A DNA stretch of 64,000 bases from Octopus sinensis. Taxonomy: Eukaryota. Under the pieces are notes generated by a model that saw only the letters and a list, made by a program, of their open reading frames with translations, searched no databases and was not told where the DNA came from. Position numbers and translations under genes: made by a program. Of this stretch, positions 63,301-64,000 are shown in pieces (the stretch's first letter is position 1; each line of letters opens with the position of its first letter). The stretch is taken from contig NC_043020.1 in the NCBI RefSeq assembly GCF_006345805.1, forward strand, positions 18,476,001 through 18,540,000. Direction: 5' to 3'.

Positions 63301-64000
63301 CATAGACATCTTCCACAAACCTGAGATGCATCATTACTGTTCCTGTGGAAATGCATCTGACTTCTGCTGCTATCGTTGCATGTCTGTCCTGATGATGATA
63401 CACCAACACTCCCTCTCTTGCTCACACATTCTGTAAATGGTCATCACAGACAGTCAGAATTGAGATCTTCACGGCACCAGTGTTTCTGCTGTGCAAGTTC
63501 TTTTGTGCAGTTGGCTCCCTCAATACAGGTCCAGTGTTTTGCCATCTATTGGATGTCCGAATTAATGAGTGAGGTCTCTTCACTGAAATCATCCGCTTTG
63601 AGTTAACGTTCAGAAGAAGCACTCCTGCCGAGGTCAACTTTGCCTTTCATCTCTCCAGGGCCAATAAAATAAAGAACCAGTCAGTTACTGGCATTGATGA
63701 TAGCAAGTGTAACCTCCCCGCTGTTACCTCAGAATTGCTGGCCTTGTGCCTAAATTAGAAACTGTTATAATTGTATATTTATTATTATAATAATGATGAT
63801 GTTGATGATGATAACCTTTGTCTGTGTGTATGAGTGTGTGTATGTAAATGCGTATATAAAAACTTTGTTTTTATATATATTTTTGTAAATGACACTGGAT
63901 TGTTATAGATCCTCATGGACTTCAAGGGGTGTGTGCAAAAAAAAATTTAAATGTCACATCAAAATCAACATTATAATAAAATGAATGATAATAATGGTTA

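Overview
AT-rich, microsatellite- and retroposon-dense animal genomic DNA. It is most likely an octopus (coleoid cephalopod), inferred from the SINE/LINE families and the (TA)n/(CA)n/(ATC)n content; I could not run a search to confirm. One protein-coding gene is reconstructable on the + strand: a TBC1D22/Gyp1-type Rab GTPase-activating protein. Its coding exons 2-12 lie at 19664-62119, every junction is GT-AG and in phase, and they give about 475 aa. The first coding exon was not identified. The main discovery is that the exon encoding the catalytic arginine finger (IxxDxxR) is present as two tandem, diverged 66-nt copies: 7A at 43491-43556 (IHIDIPRMNPLVPLFQLKVVQE) and 7B at 46069-46134 (ILKDIPRMTSVAHLFQQNAVQE). 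The intron between them holds long-range complementary segments that could enforce mutually exclusive splicing, plus an antisense minimal hammerhead ribozyme motif. The rest of the window is intronic or flanking DNA with antisense CR1 and RTE LINEs, mariner and Tc1 remnants, several SINE families, MITEs, Penelope-like fragments and simple repeats. Nearly all ORFs in the supplied track are artefacts of repeats.
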